Shown piece by piece: positions 56,073 to 64,000 of a stretch of DNA of 64,000 nucleotides. A model generated the notes under the pieces. That model saw only the letters and a program-made list of their open reading frames with translations. It did not search any database and was not told the DNA's origin. The stretch is from contig OY970122.1 in the NCBI GenBank assembly GCA_963705895.1, positions 588,744-652,743 of the forward strand, in the 5' to 3' direction. The number at the start of each line of letters is the position of its first letter. The stretch's first letter is position 1. Source of the DNA: Candidatus Aminicenantes bacterium (GTDB taxonomy: Bacteria; Acidobacteriota; Aminicenantia; Aminicenantales; JAFGAV01). Position numbers and translations under genes: made by a program.

Positions 56073-56678
56073 ATGGAACGAAGAGAGTTCTTTGAGTCGG
56101 TGGGAAAGTGCGGTCTGTGCGCCGGGCTGGCTCCGGCCCTGGGTCTGGTCTCGGTCTTCGGCGGTCAGGAAAAACCCGCGGCGGCGGAGCCGGAGGCGCC
56201 TTCACATTCGCTGAAGGAGCGTGTGGATTTCGCCGAGAATTGGGTCCGCAATTTCATGCGGGCGCTCGATGAAAACCTGGATGGACCGGTCCGAGCCAGG
56301 GTCATGGAAGCCAACGGCCGGGCTTGCGCCCTTGACTACATGAAGAAGGCCGACATCCAGATCAAGCCCGTGGCATTCGACCAATGGCTGGAGAGGGTCC
56401 AAAAGCGGCCTAGCGACGGAACGGTCCGGGTCGAGGGCCGGACCATCTATTATCAATACCTCACCAACTATCAAGGCAAGCCCGCGCCCGAGGGAAGCTG
56501 CCTTTGCCCTCTGGTCGAAACCAAGCCGGCGGGGCTGTCAGGGACATACTGCCATTGCTCGGTCGGATACATCAAGGAGTTTTTCAGCCGGACCTTCGGC
56601 CAGCCGGTCAAGGTCGAGATCGTGAGCGCCACCCTGCGGGGCGGCAAACGCTGTCAGTTCAAGATCGAGTTGGCTTAG
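56073..56678 (+). CDS. Tat-signal hypothetical protein with C-terminal Cys cluster (CxCP...YCHCS)
   Basis: GGGAGGAA RBS; MERREFFESVGKCGLCAGLAPALGL (RR-motif signal); possible metal-binding Cys pairs. The ORF is open upstream to 55911. Confidence 0.5.
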   Translation: MERREFFESVGKCGLCAGLAPALGLVSVFGGQEKPAAAEPEAPSHSLKERVDFAENWVRNFMRALDENLDGPVRARVMEANGRACALDYMKKADIQIKPVAFDQWLERVQKRPSDGTVRVEGRTIYYQYLTNYQGKPAPEGSCLCPLVETKPAGLSGTYCHCSVGYIKEFFSRTFGQPVKVEIVSATLRGGKRCQFKIELA

Positions 56679-56789
56679 TCGACTCAGGACGCTCCGTCCG
56701 GGCCAGTCCGTTTGGGTCAGGCCTAATGACATCCCAATTCCGTGGGAGTGGTTTCTTCACGGGTACTTCGTTTTCTGCTGAGCCGGCGC

Positions 56790-56927
56790 GTGACTATCAG
56801 TCTGGGCGTCGCCACCGTCATCCCCGACCGCAGCTCCGACGCGCTGACCCTGCTGACGATGGCCGACCAGGCGCTTTACAAGGCCAAGGTCAATGGCCGG
56901 GACCGGATGGAGGGCCCGGCCGGCTGA
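56790..56927 (+). pseudogene. GGDEF (diguanylate cyclase) domain C-terminal fragment
   Basis: ...VTISLGVATVIPDRSSDALTLLTMADQALYKAKVNGRDRM matches the last about 45 residues of a GGDEF domain (TvSiGvA...LL..AD.ALY.AK..GRNR). No upstream part exists in any frame. Confidence 0.35.
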
Positions 56928-57109
56928 CCGTCTTGTCCCGGCCATCCGATGCAATGGTCCCATCTTTGACCTAGGAAAAAGGAATACATCCCGTTTTTTC
57001 ACCATTGAGACCTGAGTTTCCGCGCGCGATCTCCGGGCCTTTCGCCTCGAAAAGGCACGAGAGGCGTCATCGTTTGACCGACTCGGAATCCGGGTGCTAA
57101 AATTCGGTC

Positions 57110-58237
57110 ATGAAGAAAGGCCCCAGGACTCAGCATAAAATTTCAGCGCCGAGACCGGCCCGGCGCGCTCTCTCCGCTCTCCTGTTCTTGCTTTCGGTCG
57201 CCGCTCTCGGCTTTGGACCCTGGGGATCCGCGCAAACCCACGCTCCCGCCGAAAAGCCGCCGGCCCATCATACGGCCCATGGGTTCCGCAACCTTTATCC
57301 CGACACCCATCGCCTGGGCGTGATCACGTCGCTGCGCTATCTGCTCGGCTTGTATCCCAGGGAGATCCCGGCCATTCCTCCGGACCAGGTCCCGCCATAT
57401 AAGCCGGACATCGTCGCCCCCAACCTCGGCCTCATCCACCATCCCGACCCGGGACGCATCCAGCTCACCTGGATCGGACATTCCTCCTTCCTGCTTCAGC
57501 TTAACGGGCTCAACATCCTGCTCGACCCGGTTTATAGCGAGCGGGCCTCGCCGTTCTCGTTCGCCGGCCCAAAAAGGCTAGTCCCTCCGGGGGTCCGTTT
57601 CGACGATTTGCCGCCCATCGATGCGGTCATCATCAGCCATAATCATTTCGACCACCTGGACAAGCCAACCATCAAGCGGCTGGGAAACAAGCCCCGCTAT
57701 TTCATCCCGCTCGGGCTCCGGACCTGGTTCAGCCGCCTGGGGATCGACCGGGTCTCGGAGCTGGACTGGTGGCAGAAGTCATTCATCGGCGAGACAGTGC
57801 TGTGCTGCGTCCCCGCACTGCATTGGTCGGGACGGGGGCCGTTCCGGCGGAACCATGAATTGTGGGCGGGCTGGGTCATTGAAACTAAAAAGGGCCGGAT
57901 CTACTTCGCCGGCGACAGCGGCTATTCTCCTTATTATAAGGAGATCGGAACGCGGCTCGGTCCGTTCCGATTGTCAATGATCCCCATCGGGACCTACCGG
58001 CCGGCCTGGTTCTTCAAGCCCATGCACCAGGATCCGGCCGAGGCCGTGCAGGCCCACCGGGACGTCGGTTCGGCTTTTTCCGTCGGGATGCACTGGGGGA
58101 CCTTCCGAACGAGCACCGAGCCTTCGGGGGAGCCGCCAATCTTTCTGAAAAAGGCCTTGGCCGAAGCCGGCCTGCTCGAAGACCGGTTCGTAGTTATGAA
58201 GTTCGGTCAGACCCTGGTGCTTGACTGGCAGCCTTGA
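57110..58237 (+). CDS. MBL-fold metallo-hydrolase (NAPE-PLD-like Zn-dependent hydrolase), secreted
   Basis: Signal peptide; ...IQLTWIGHSSFLLQLNG...DAVIISHNHFDHLD... (HxHxDH motif) ...YFAGDSGYSP.... Confidence 0.75.
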   Translation: MKKGPRTQHKISAPRPARRALSALLFLLSVAALGFGPWGSAQTHAPAEKPPAHHTAHGFRNLYPDTHRLGVITSLRYLLGLYPREIPAIPPDQVPPYKPDIVAPNLGLIHHPDPGRIQLTWIGHSSFLLQLNGLNILLDPVYSERASPFSFAGPKRLVPPGVRFDDLPPIDAVIISHNHFDHLDKPTIKRLGNKPRYFIPLGLRTWFSRLGIDRVSELDWWQKSFIGETVLCCVPALHWSGRGPFRRNHELWAGWVIETKKGRIYFAGDSGYSPYYKEIGTRLGPFRLSMIPIGTYRPAWFFKPMHQDPAEAVQAHRDVGSAFSVGMHWGTFRTSTEPSGEPPIFLKKALAEAGLLEDRFVVMKFGQTLVLDWQP

Positions 58238-58339
58238 GCGGCGAGTTCCGCCCATCCCGCGGCTCCTTCCAAGCCCTTGTTTTCTGCGGACGCTCCGCCC
58301 TCGGAGAGAAGCCGCGGGGTGCTCTTGACCCTGGGGCTT

Positions 58340-58915
58340 TTATTTGAGGACGAGGGCGCACTCGCCGGTGAGTTCGGAGTTCTTCTTATCCCTCACTTTG
58401 AAAAGGACCGTATCCCCCTTTTTGAAGCCGGGGTTCTTGAAATAGAACCTGGTCTTGAACCCCACATAACCGTTGATCGAGCCTTCATCCCCGGCGATCC
58501 TGTCCTTCAGGCCGAGAACGGGGAAGAAGTCGTACTGGTCGCGAAATTGGTATAACCTCATGACCGAAGAGATGACTCCCTCCTTGCCCAGGCGCCGGTA
58601 GATGTCCCGGTCGTTCGTTTCGCCCATGTATTTTTCCCGAAGCTCTTGGACCGACGGCATCTTGGACTCCTGGCCGTTGTAAACCATCACGATGTCATCC
58701 CGGCTTATGGTGATGTTCTGGTCCTTTTTGCCGCCCATGAAGGCCATGAACATCACGTAGGGGCTGTCGAGCTTCAGGTCGGCCAGACTGGCGTCGATCA
58801 CCAGGACGATGGGCCCCTGCTCATTGGAAAAAGCGCCCATGCCCAGGTCCTTGGTCTGCGGGTAGGCGACCGCGCAAAGGATTAGAAAAAGACAGGCATA
58901 TCTTAAGAATTTCAT
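58340..58915 (-). CDS. hypothetical secreted protein
   Basis: MKFLRYACLFLILCAVAYPQ signal peptide; no recognisable domain. Confidence 0.4.
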   Translation of the reverse strand: MKFLRYACLFLILCAVAYPQTKDLGMGAFSNEQGPIVLVIDASLADLKLDSPYVMFMAFMGGKKDQNITISRDDIVMVYNGQESKMPSVQELREKYMGETNDRDIYRRLGKEGVISSVMRLYQFRDQYDFFPVLGLKDRIAGDEGSINGYVGFKTRFYFKNPGFKKGDTVLFKVRDKKNSELTGECALVLK

Positions 58916-59033
58916 ATGAACCTCCTTGGTCATTTCCGTCCATCCTTCGCTCCTCCTCGAGGGGCGGAGGTCCTACAACTTTATAACGCCCAAGGAGCGC
59001 CCTTCGTTTCAAGGGCCCGTGGCCGTCCCCGGC

Positions 59034-60509
59034 CTAGAACCTCATATCCAGGGCGGCCCCTACCCGGGACAACTTGGCCACGACCGGAAGGTGGCCGTTG
59101 AATCCTTGATGAAGGTCGTACCATCCGTACTCCACTCGCAGTCCCAGGTTCTGGGCCAGGGGGAGGGTGTAAGCGGCCTTGATGTAGGTCCAGAAGTCAT
59201 GACCCTCGTCCGCCTCGACGGGAGCCGCGCCGTTGATCGAGTAAAGTTGGAATCGTCCGAATCGCACGGCCAGGGTCCCGAACTTTGGATGACGGAGCCA
59301 GGCTTCGGCCTTGGCCATGCCGCCCCAATCGTAGTTGTAATCCCGGTCCTCCACTCGAACGTAAGGGTTTTTCACTCCTCCAATGGGGACGAACCCCAAC
59401 TGCAGTGAAGTCGTAAGCTCGAAGTCGCCGCCCAGGGGAAACAGCGAAACAAGCCCTCCGCTAAAGGACATCCCCCCCATGTGAATGGTCTCGCTGTTGA
59501 AGTAATCGTAATTCTGGAAGAGACCGATGACGCTCTTACTACGGCCGGACGAGCCGAGCTCCTTGCCCCACAGCAGTCCGTAAGTGCTGATGCTGAAAAG
59601 AACCTGAGCGGGACTATTCACTAGTTTTTGCCCGTAACGGACCTCTCCATTGAGGAAGAAGAGATCATAGGGCTTCTGGGAATAGATCTCGGACGATCCC
59701 ACTCCGTAGGTCAGATCGTAATCCACGCCGGGGCTGAACTTCATCCCCGAGAAGCCGCCCGTCTCCGAGATCAGGGATCCGCCGACCGAGGCAGTCCCCT
59801 CCAACGGTTCATGAGTCTCCCGGTTTGTCGAGGAAACCCGCGCCGCGTCCCCGTAGATCAATCGGTTGAAGCCGCGAATGGGGTCGATCACGAAGGCCAG
59901 GATCTCGCGCCAGACCCTTTTCCCGCCGGTGGCCGTGTCATCCAGGACCTGGGACGACAGGCGGTACTCGATCTCGCCCAAATTCGCGCCGCCCAGGCCG
60001 GTCATGAGCAGGTCGTTCTTGCTCGGTTGATCGTTCTCCATGAAGTAGCCCCACATCACATAGCCGAGCAAAGAGTAGGGCAGGGATTCCCAAAAGTTCA
60101 TCCCGAGCGATCGGGCGGCGTTGAAATACTGGGAACCATGATAGGGATGTCCGATGAAACTGGTGCCAAAAGTATCCGGGCACCAGATCCATCCATTCTT
60201 AAGGTTGTTCTTCCACGTCGTCCAGCTGATGCGGGCATAGGGCCGGTTCAAGATGAATCTGTCCATGGCCCAAACGCCGATGTTGATGGAGAACGTTTCC
60301 AGGGCGGCGATCCACGGCCGTTTTATGACGGCGGTCTCGCTCGAAGACGGATCCCCTTCAGGCGGGGTCGACACGGAGTTGGTGAAGACCCCGCCGCCCG
60401 GGTCTTTGGCGTAAGGGCTCAGGCTGAATTCCCGATCAGGAACGGCTGCCGCCAAACAAAAGGAAAGAGCAAAGAATAGACCCAGAAACGCCGCAATACC
60501 CTTTTTCAT
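59034..60509 (-). CDS. putative outer-membrane beta-barrel protein, hypothetical
   Basis: Signal peptide MKKGIAAFLGLFFALSFCLAAA; Gly/aromatic-rich alternating strands; C-terminal ...ALDMRF. Confidence 0.5.
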   Translation of the reverse strand: MKKGIAAFLGLFFALSFCLAAAVPDREFSLSPYAKDPGGGVFTNSVSTPPEGDPSSSETAVIKRPWIAALETFSINIGVWAMDRFILNRPYARISWTTWKNNLKNGWIWCPDTFGTSFIGHPYHGSQYFNAARSLGMNFWESLPYSLLGYVMWGYFMENDQPSKNDLLMTGLGGANLGEIEYRLSSQVLDDTATGGKRVWREILAFVIDPIRGFNRLIYGDAARVSSTNRETHEPLEGTASVGGSLISETGGFSGMKFSPGVDYDLTYGVGSSEIYSQKPYDLFFLNGEVRYGQKLVNSPAQVLFSISTYGLLWGKELGSSGRSKSVIGLFQNYDYFNSETIHMGGMSFSGGLVSLFPLGGDFELTTSLQLGFVPIGGVKNPYVRVEDRDYNYDWGGMAKAEAWLRHPKFGTLAVRFGRFQLYSINGAAPVEADEGHDFWTYIKAAYTLPLAQNLGLRVEYGWYDLHQGFNGHLPVVAKLSRVGAALDMRF

Positions 60510-60573
60510 TCACTTCCTCCTTTTTGATTGTGGATGATGTTCGCGGAGACAGCCCGTCGGCCCGACGGGTTCC

Positions 60574-62283
60574 TCATTTCGAAACCTCCGCGATGTATAT
60601 CGAGAACGGCTCCATCGAAATATGGCTCCACGCACCGGCTTGCGGTGATGCGCTCAAGGTCGTCAGCAGTGGGCTCACCTTCGCGGAGGGAAAGCCCATC
60701 GGCGCCAAGTCGAAAACCACGTCTTGCTTGGTCCCGGACATGTTCAGCACGACCAGCACCGCCCCATTCTTATGGCGGCGAAGATAGGAAAGAACGTAAG
60801 GGTCGTCCGGGTTCAAGGCAACGTAATCTCCTTCGAGAAGCGCCCGGTTCTGATGGCGCAGCTTAAGCACATGTCTGTAAAACTGCAGGATCGAGTTCGG
60901 ATTCTTTAACTCGTCCGCGACATTGTGCGTCTTGGAGCTGGGCGGCACCGGCAGCCAGGGCGCAGCCTGGCTGAAGCCGGCGTTGGGCGCTTCGCTCCAC
61001 TGCATGGGTGTGCGCTCGCCGTCCCGGCCTTTCTCCTTCGGCCAACCCATTTTCCCGACCGGGTCTTTGACATCTTCCTTCCGTTGGGGGTCGTTGTTCT
61101 CCATCCCGATCTCTTCGCCGTAATACATGATCGGTGTGCCGCGAAGCGTGAGATAGAGTCCCGCCATCAGTTTGGCGATCTGGTCGTTGTGTTGACCGTC
61201 ACCATAGCGAACGTAGGAACGGACGATGTCGTGATTGCTGATGACAAACACAGGCCACTCGCCGGTCGATTCCACGATCCCGATCTGTTTGCGAAAGTCC
61301 GGGGCCGAAAGCTTGTTGATCGTGCCGAACATGAAATCCATGGGCAGCTGGATCTCATCGTCGTGGGTGCCGTAATACTCCTTCAGCTCGGCGATGTTTT
61401 GCGTCCAGGTTTCGCCGATCAAAACGGCATTGTTCTCGTCCGCAACCTGCCGCAGCCTGCGGAGAAGGTCATGGACCTGCGGCAGCTTGTCGTTGTACGT
61501 GTTGTTCATGTTGGAATCGCCGAACACATTTGTGCCCGGGGACGTGGGATTGTCGTGCAATTTCGGGTCCTCGAACAGAGTATCTACGGCGTCCAACCTG
61601 AAACCGGAGACGCCGTGCCTGTACCAAAAGCGGGTCACATCGAACATGGCCTTCTCGACGGCAGGGTTGCGCCAGTTCAGATCCGGCTGCTCAGGAGCGA
61701 AGTAGTGGTAGTAGTACTGGCCGGTGGCGGGGTCAAGTTTCCAGGCCGGACCGCCGAAGCCGGAAAGCCAGTTGTTCGGAGGCTGGCCGGGGCCCTTGCC
61801 GTCGCGCCAGATATACCAATCGCGGTGCGGGGAAGTGCGCGACGACTTCGAATCCAAAAACCACTTGTGCTGGTTGGAGCTGTGGTTGATCACGAAGTCC
61901 ATGATGATGCGGATTCCCCGTTTGCCGGCTTCTTTCGCCAGATAGTCGAAATCCTTCAGCGTCCCGTACATGGGATCGATGTTTTCGTAATCGGAGACGT
62001 CGTAACCAAAATCCGCCTGCGGCGACGGATAGCAGGGAGAGATCCAGATGGCATCGACACCCAGGCCCTTCAGGTAGTCGAGCTTGGACGCGATTCCCTG
62101 CAGGTCGCCGACTCCGTCGTCGTTGCTGTCGGCAAAGCTCCGCGGATAGATCTCATAAAACACAGCATCTTTCCACCACGGGTGACCCTCCGCATCGACT
62201 GTCTTACCCTGTGCGTTGGCCAGGGACGACGCGAAGCAGAGAAAGATGGCCAGCAAAACTGGCGACGCAAGTTTCTTTAACAT
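60574..62283 (-). CDS. secreted GH13 alpha-glucosidase (oligo-1,6-glucosidase / alpha-amylase family)
   Basis: Signal peptide; GH13 conserved regions GVDAIWISP, RGIRIIMDFVINHSS, GFRLDAVD (nucleophile), IGETW, ISNHD. Confidence 0.85.
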   Translation of the reverse strand: MLKKLASPVLLAIFLCFASSLANAQGKTVDAEGHPWWKDAVFYEIYPRSFADSNDDGVGDLQGIASKLDYLKGLGVDAIWISPCYPSPQADFGYDVSDYENIDPMYGTLKDFDYLAKEAGKRGIRIIMDFVINHSSNQHKWFLDSKSSRTSPHRDWYIWRDGKGPGQPPNNWLSGFGGPAWKLDPATGQYYYHYFAPEQPDLNWRNPAVEKAMFDVTRFWYRHGVSGFRLDAVDTLFEDPKLHDNPTSPGTNVFGDSNMNNTYNDKLPQVHDLLRRLRQVADENNAVLIGETWTQNIAELKEYYGTHDDEIQLPMDFMFGTINKLSAPDFRKQIGIVESTGEWPVFVISNHDIVRSYVRYGDGQHNDQIAKLMAGLYLTLRGTPIMYYGEEIGMENNDPQRKEDVKDPVGKMGWPKEKGRDGERTPMQWSEAPNAGFSQAAPWLPVPPSSKTHNVADELKNPNSILQFYRHVLKLRHQNRALLEGDYVALNPDDPYVLSYLRRHKNGAVLVVLNMSGTKQDVVFDLAPMGFPSAKVSPLLTTLSASPQAGAWSHISMEPFSIYIAEVSK

Positions 62284-62473
62284 AGAGTGCCGTCTCCATC
62301 AAAAGCCATGACTGTGAGGATTAGAGTGTTTTTGCTTCTGCTGTGCACCGCAGCCAGGGTCGTGTTTCTGAGATCATTGGATTTCCCTTTTTCCTTGGCG
62401 CAGTGAATGGCCGCTCGGGGTGAGGAATATGCCTTCCTTTTCATGAGGAGATACTACCGCCGGCTGAGCGGCG

Positions 62474-62710
62474 ATGTCAATAAGCGCTCGGGGCGCCAAG
62501 AAGCTGATCCCCTGCCTGGCCTCCGGCGGGCGGGTCGTCATCATCGAGTATATTCCCAAGCCTGTGTCGGAACGGCCTTGGGGTCCGCCGCCCGAGCAGC
62601 AGTTCCCATGAGAGCAGATGGACAAAGAGATGGCTGCGGGTGGCTTCAAGGTCCTCCAGGCGTACGACTTCCTGCCCGAACAGTTCTTCGTGATCTACGT
62701 TCTGCGATAG
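62474..62710 (+). pseudogene. class I SAM-methyltransferase C-terminal remnant, frameshifted
   Basis: Two short adjacent frames read ...KKLIPCLASGGRVVIIEYIPKPVSERPWGPPPEQQFP* and MDKEMAAGGFKVLQAYDFLPEQFFVIYVLR*, together resembling the C-terminus of a methyltransferase. No N-terminal part present. Confidence 0.3.
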
Positions 62711-63007
62711 CGGACAACGACTCCGCCAAAACATAGCTCTTTTCGGGATCAAGATAGGCGAGTTGGATCTGAAAAAAGCCGGATACTAGGCCTAAATTAA
62801 TTTAAATCAATAAGATGGCTTGGCCCAACTGCAAGTTTTCGGTTCACCCTTTGGGGTGAGAAGGGGGAGCTATTTTCTAACCTCACTTTTCATCTCCGTT
62901 GAGTATTGCTCGAGGTTCTTCATGCGCACATAATAAACGCGAGGAGGGCGATCCGGTATGCGTTCCTCTGTGCCCGGGACTCTGGAACTATTCTGGCGCC
63001 GATGCCT

Positions 63008-64000
63008 ATGAAAACCCGCGCGAGATTGTCGATCCTACTATTACTGGCACTCCTTGTGCATGCCCTGGGGCTGCGTCTTGTCTCGCAGGAGACCCTGCTA
63101 TTTCGCCGCTACAGCATCGACCAGGGTTTGTCCCAGAACTCGGTCTACGCCATCCTGCAAGACAGCCGCGGGTTCATGTGGTTTGGGACCCAGGATGGAT
63201 TGAACCGCTTTGACGGTTCTACATTCAGGGTCTTCAGTCCGAGCTTGGACGACCGCTCCGCCTTAAGCAACGGCTACGTGACCGCCTTGGCTGAGGACGC
63301 CCAAGGCTTTCTGTGGGTGGCGACGGACGACGGGAGCCTGAACCGGTACGACTCGGCTTCGGAAAAATTCCAGCGTTTTCGGCCCAACCTGGAGCATCCG
63401 TCCAGGCGGGAAAGACCGATCATCACTTCGCTTCTTGTCGACAAGAGCGGCCGGTTGTGGGTCGGGACCTCGAACGGGCTAGCTCGGTTCGATCCGACCT
63501 CCGAATCCTTCAGCCGCTTCCAAAACTCACCCGAAAATCCCAGCAGCCTGAGCGGGGATTCGGTTTCGGTCCTCTATGAGAGCCCGCAGGGGGATTTTTG
63601 GGTCGGCACCCAGGGCCTCGGCTTGAACCGCTTCGACCCGGCCAGCGGCCGAGCTGTTCGTTTCCTGCCCGGAACAAGCGTCCGGGCGATCCTCGAGGAC
63701 AACGGCCTTCTTTGGGTGGGCACGGACGACGGGCTGGTGCGGCTTGAGCCGCGCTCCGGCCGGGAGGAAGTATTCCGGAACGATGTCCGCCGCCCCGACA
63801 GTCTGACCCATAACCGGGTGACGTCCCTGCTCAAGGACCAAAAGCAGGACATCTGGATCGGGACCCATAACGGACTTGATCGCTTCGACCGAAGCACCGG
63901 GCGTTTCATTCATTTCAAGAATGACGTTTCCGAGGACACCAGCCTTTCTGATGACGATATCCTCTCCCTGGGACAGGACCGGAGCGGCGGAGTTTGGGTG
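63008..64000 (+). CDS. sensor/regulator with N-terminal beta-propeller (two-component regulator propeller, Reg_prop repeats), partial; continues beyond window end
   Basis: Read manually from the ATG at 63008: MKTRARLSILLLLALLVHALGL (signal) then repeats ...GFMWFGTQDGLNRFDG..., ...GFLWVATDDGSLNRYD..., ...GRLWVGTSNGLARFDP..., ...GDFWVGTQGLGLNRFDP...; no stop before 64000. Confidence 0.65.
   Translation, partial: MKTRARLSILLLLALLVHALGLRLVSQETLLFRRYSIDQGLSQNSVYAILQDSRGFMWFGTQDGLNRFDGSTFRVFSPSLDDRSALSNGYVTALAEDAQGFLWVATDDGSLNRYDSASEKFQRFRPNLEHPSRRERPIITSLLVDKSGRLWVGTSNGLARFDPTSESFSRFQNSPENPSSLSGDSVSVLYESPQGDFWVGTQGLGLNRFDPASGRAVRFLPGTSVRAILEDNGLLWVGTDDGLVRLEPRSGREEVFRNDVRRPDSLTHNRVTSLLKDQKQDIWIGTHNGLDRFDRSTGRFIHFKNDVSEDTSLSDDDILSLGQDRSGGVWV

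Noticed and set aside
1-64000. CRISPR arrays, rRNA, tRNA, IS elements
   Set aside because: No regularly spaced repeats, no rRNA-like conserved blocks, no intact tRNA cloverleaf and no transposase ORF were seen on either strand.

Overview
This is a high-GC (about 65%) chromosomal segment from a diderm (Gram-negative) bacterium, probably an environmental lineage (Acidobacteria-like by gene content and GC). No rRNA, tRNA or CRISPR array was seen. All product calls rest on motif recognition from memory; no database search was run.

Most of the window is housekeeping, in order:
- Left edge to about 11.4 kb: a partial FtsX/MacB-type permease, a pyruvate-kinase-C-like protein, an outer-membrane beta-barrel protein, an RluB-type pseudouridine synthase, a Lon-like AAA+/S16 protease, a GNAT-like protein, then the ribH-nusB-lysS-lolC-lolD run.
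- 11.5-17.4 kb: the envelope-biogenesis cluster bamA-skp-fabZ-lpxA-lpxI followed by a Gfo/Idh/MocA oxidoreductase (possibly GnnA-like).
- 17.5-37.1 kb: an M48 lipoprotein peptidase, a LolA-like protein, two APC permeases, aminotransferases, a 1377-aa secreted M14-carboxypeptidase-domain protein, an MFS transporter, a SpoIID/LytB gene split by an apparent frameshift, speE, and an Fe-siderophore/B12-type ABC importer (binding protein, permease, ATPase).
- 42.7-64.0 kb: a GT39/ArnT-like glycosyltransferase, a UshA-like 5'-nucleotidase, an OmpR-type regulator with a 7TM-GAF histidine kinase and a retropepsin+PDZ protease, a Tat-exported class V aminotransferase next to an Asp/Glu racemase, an MBL-fold hydrolase, a secreted GH13 alpha-glucosidase, and a partial beta-propeller sensor.

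The most interesting region is a roughly 5.6 kb low-GC accessory island at about 37.15-42.73 kb, immediately downstream of the ABC importer. It holds a single-ORF MazE-MazF fusion (antitoxin and toxin domains in one polypeptide), a tyrosine-recombinase (IntI/XerD-like) N-terminal remnant with its own near-consensus promoter, and a two-domain protein whose C-terminus matches the TIR-like nucleotide-binding family (PF10137, CAP12-like) joined to an unrecognised N-terminal domain. That protein is a candidate undescribed phage-defence or NADase effector. A low-GC cargo follows: a small secreted protein, an SDR oxidoreductase, a GNAT, an NTF2-like protein and a membrane protein.

Other points worth a second look:
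- a repeat- and palindrome-bearing convergent intergenic region at 22.3-22.9 kb;
- two tandem near-consensus sigma70 promoters in an AT-rich patch upstream of the split SpoIID gene;
- a 71-nt out-of-frame nusB/lysS overlap;
- several gene remnants (GGDEF, methyltransferase, integrase).

The many long ORFs antisense to these genes in the six-frame track are GC-rich artefacts.
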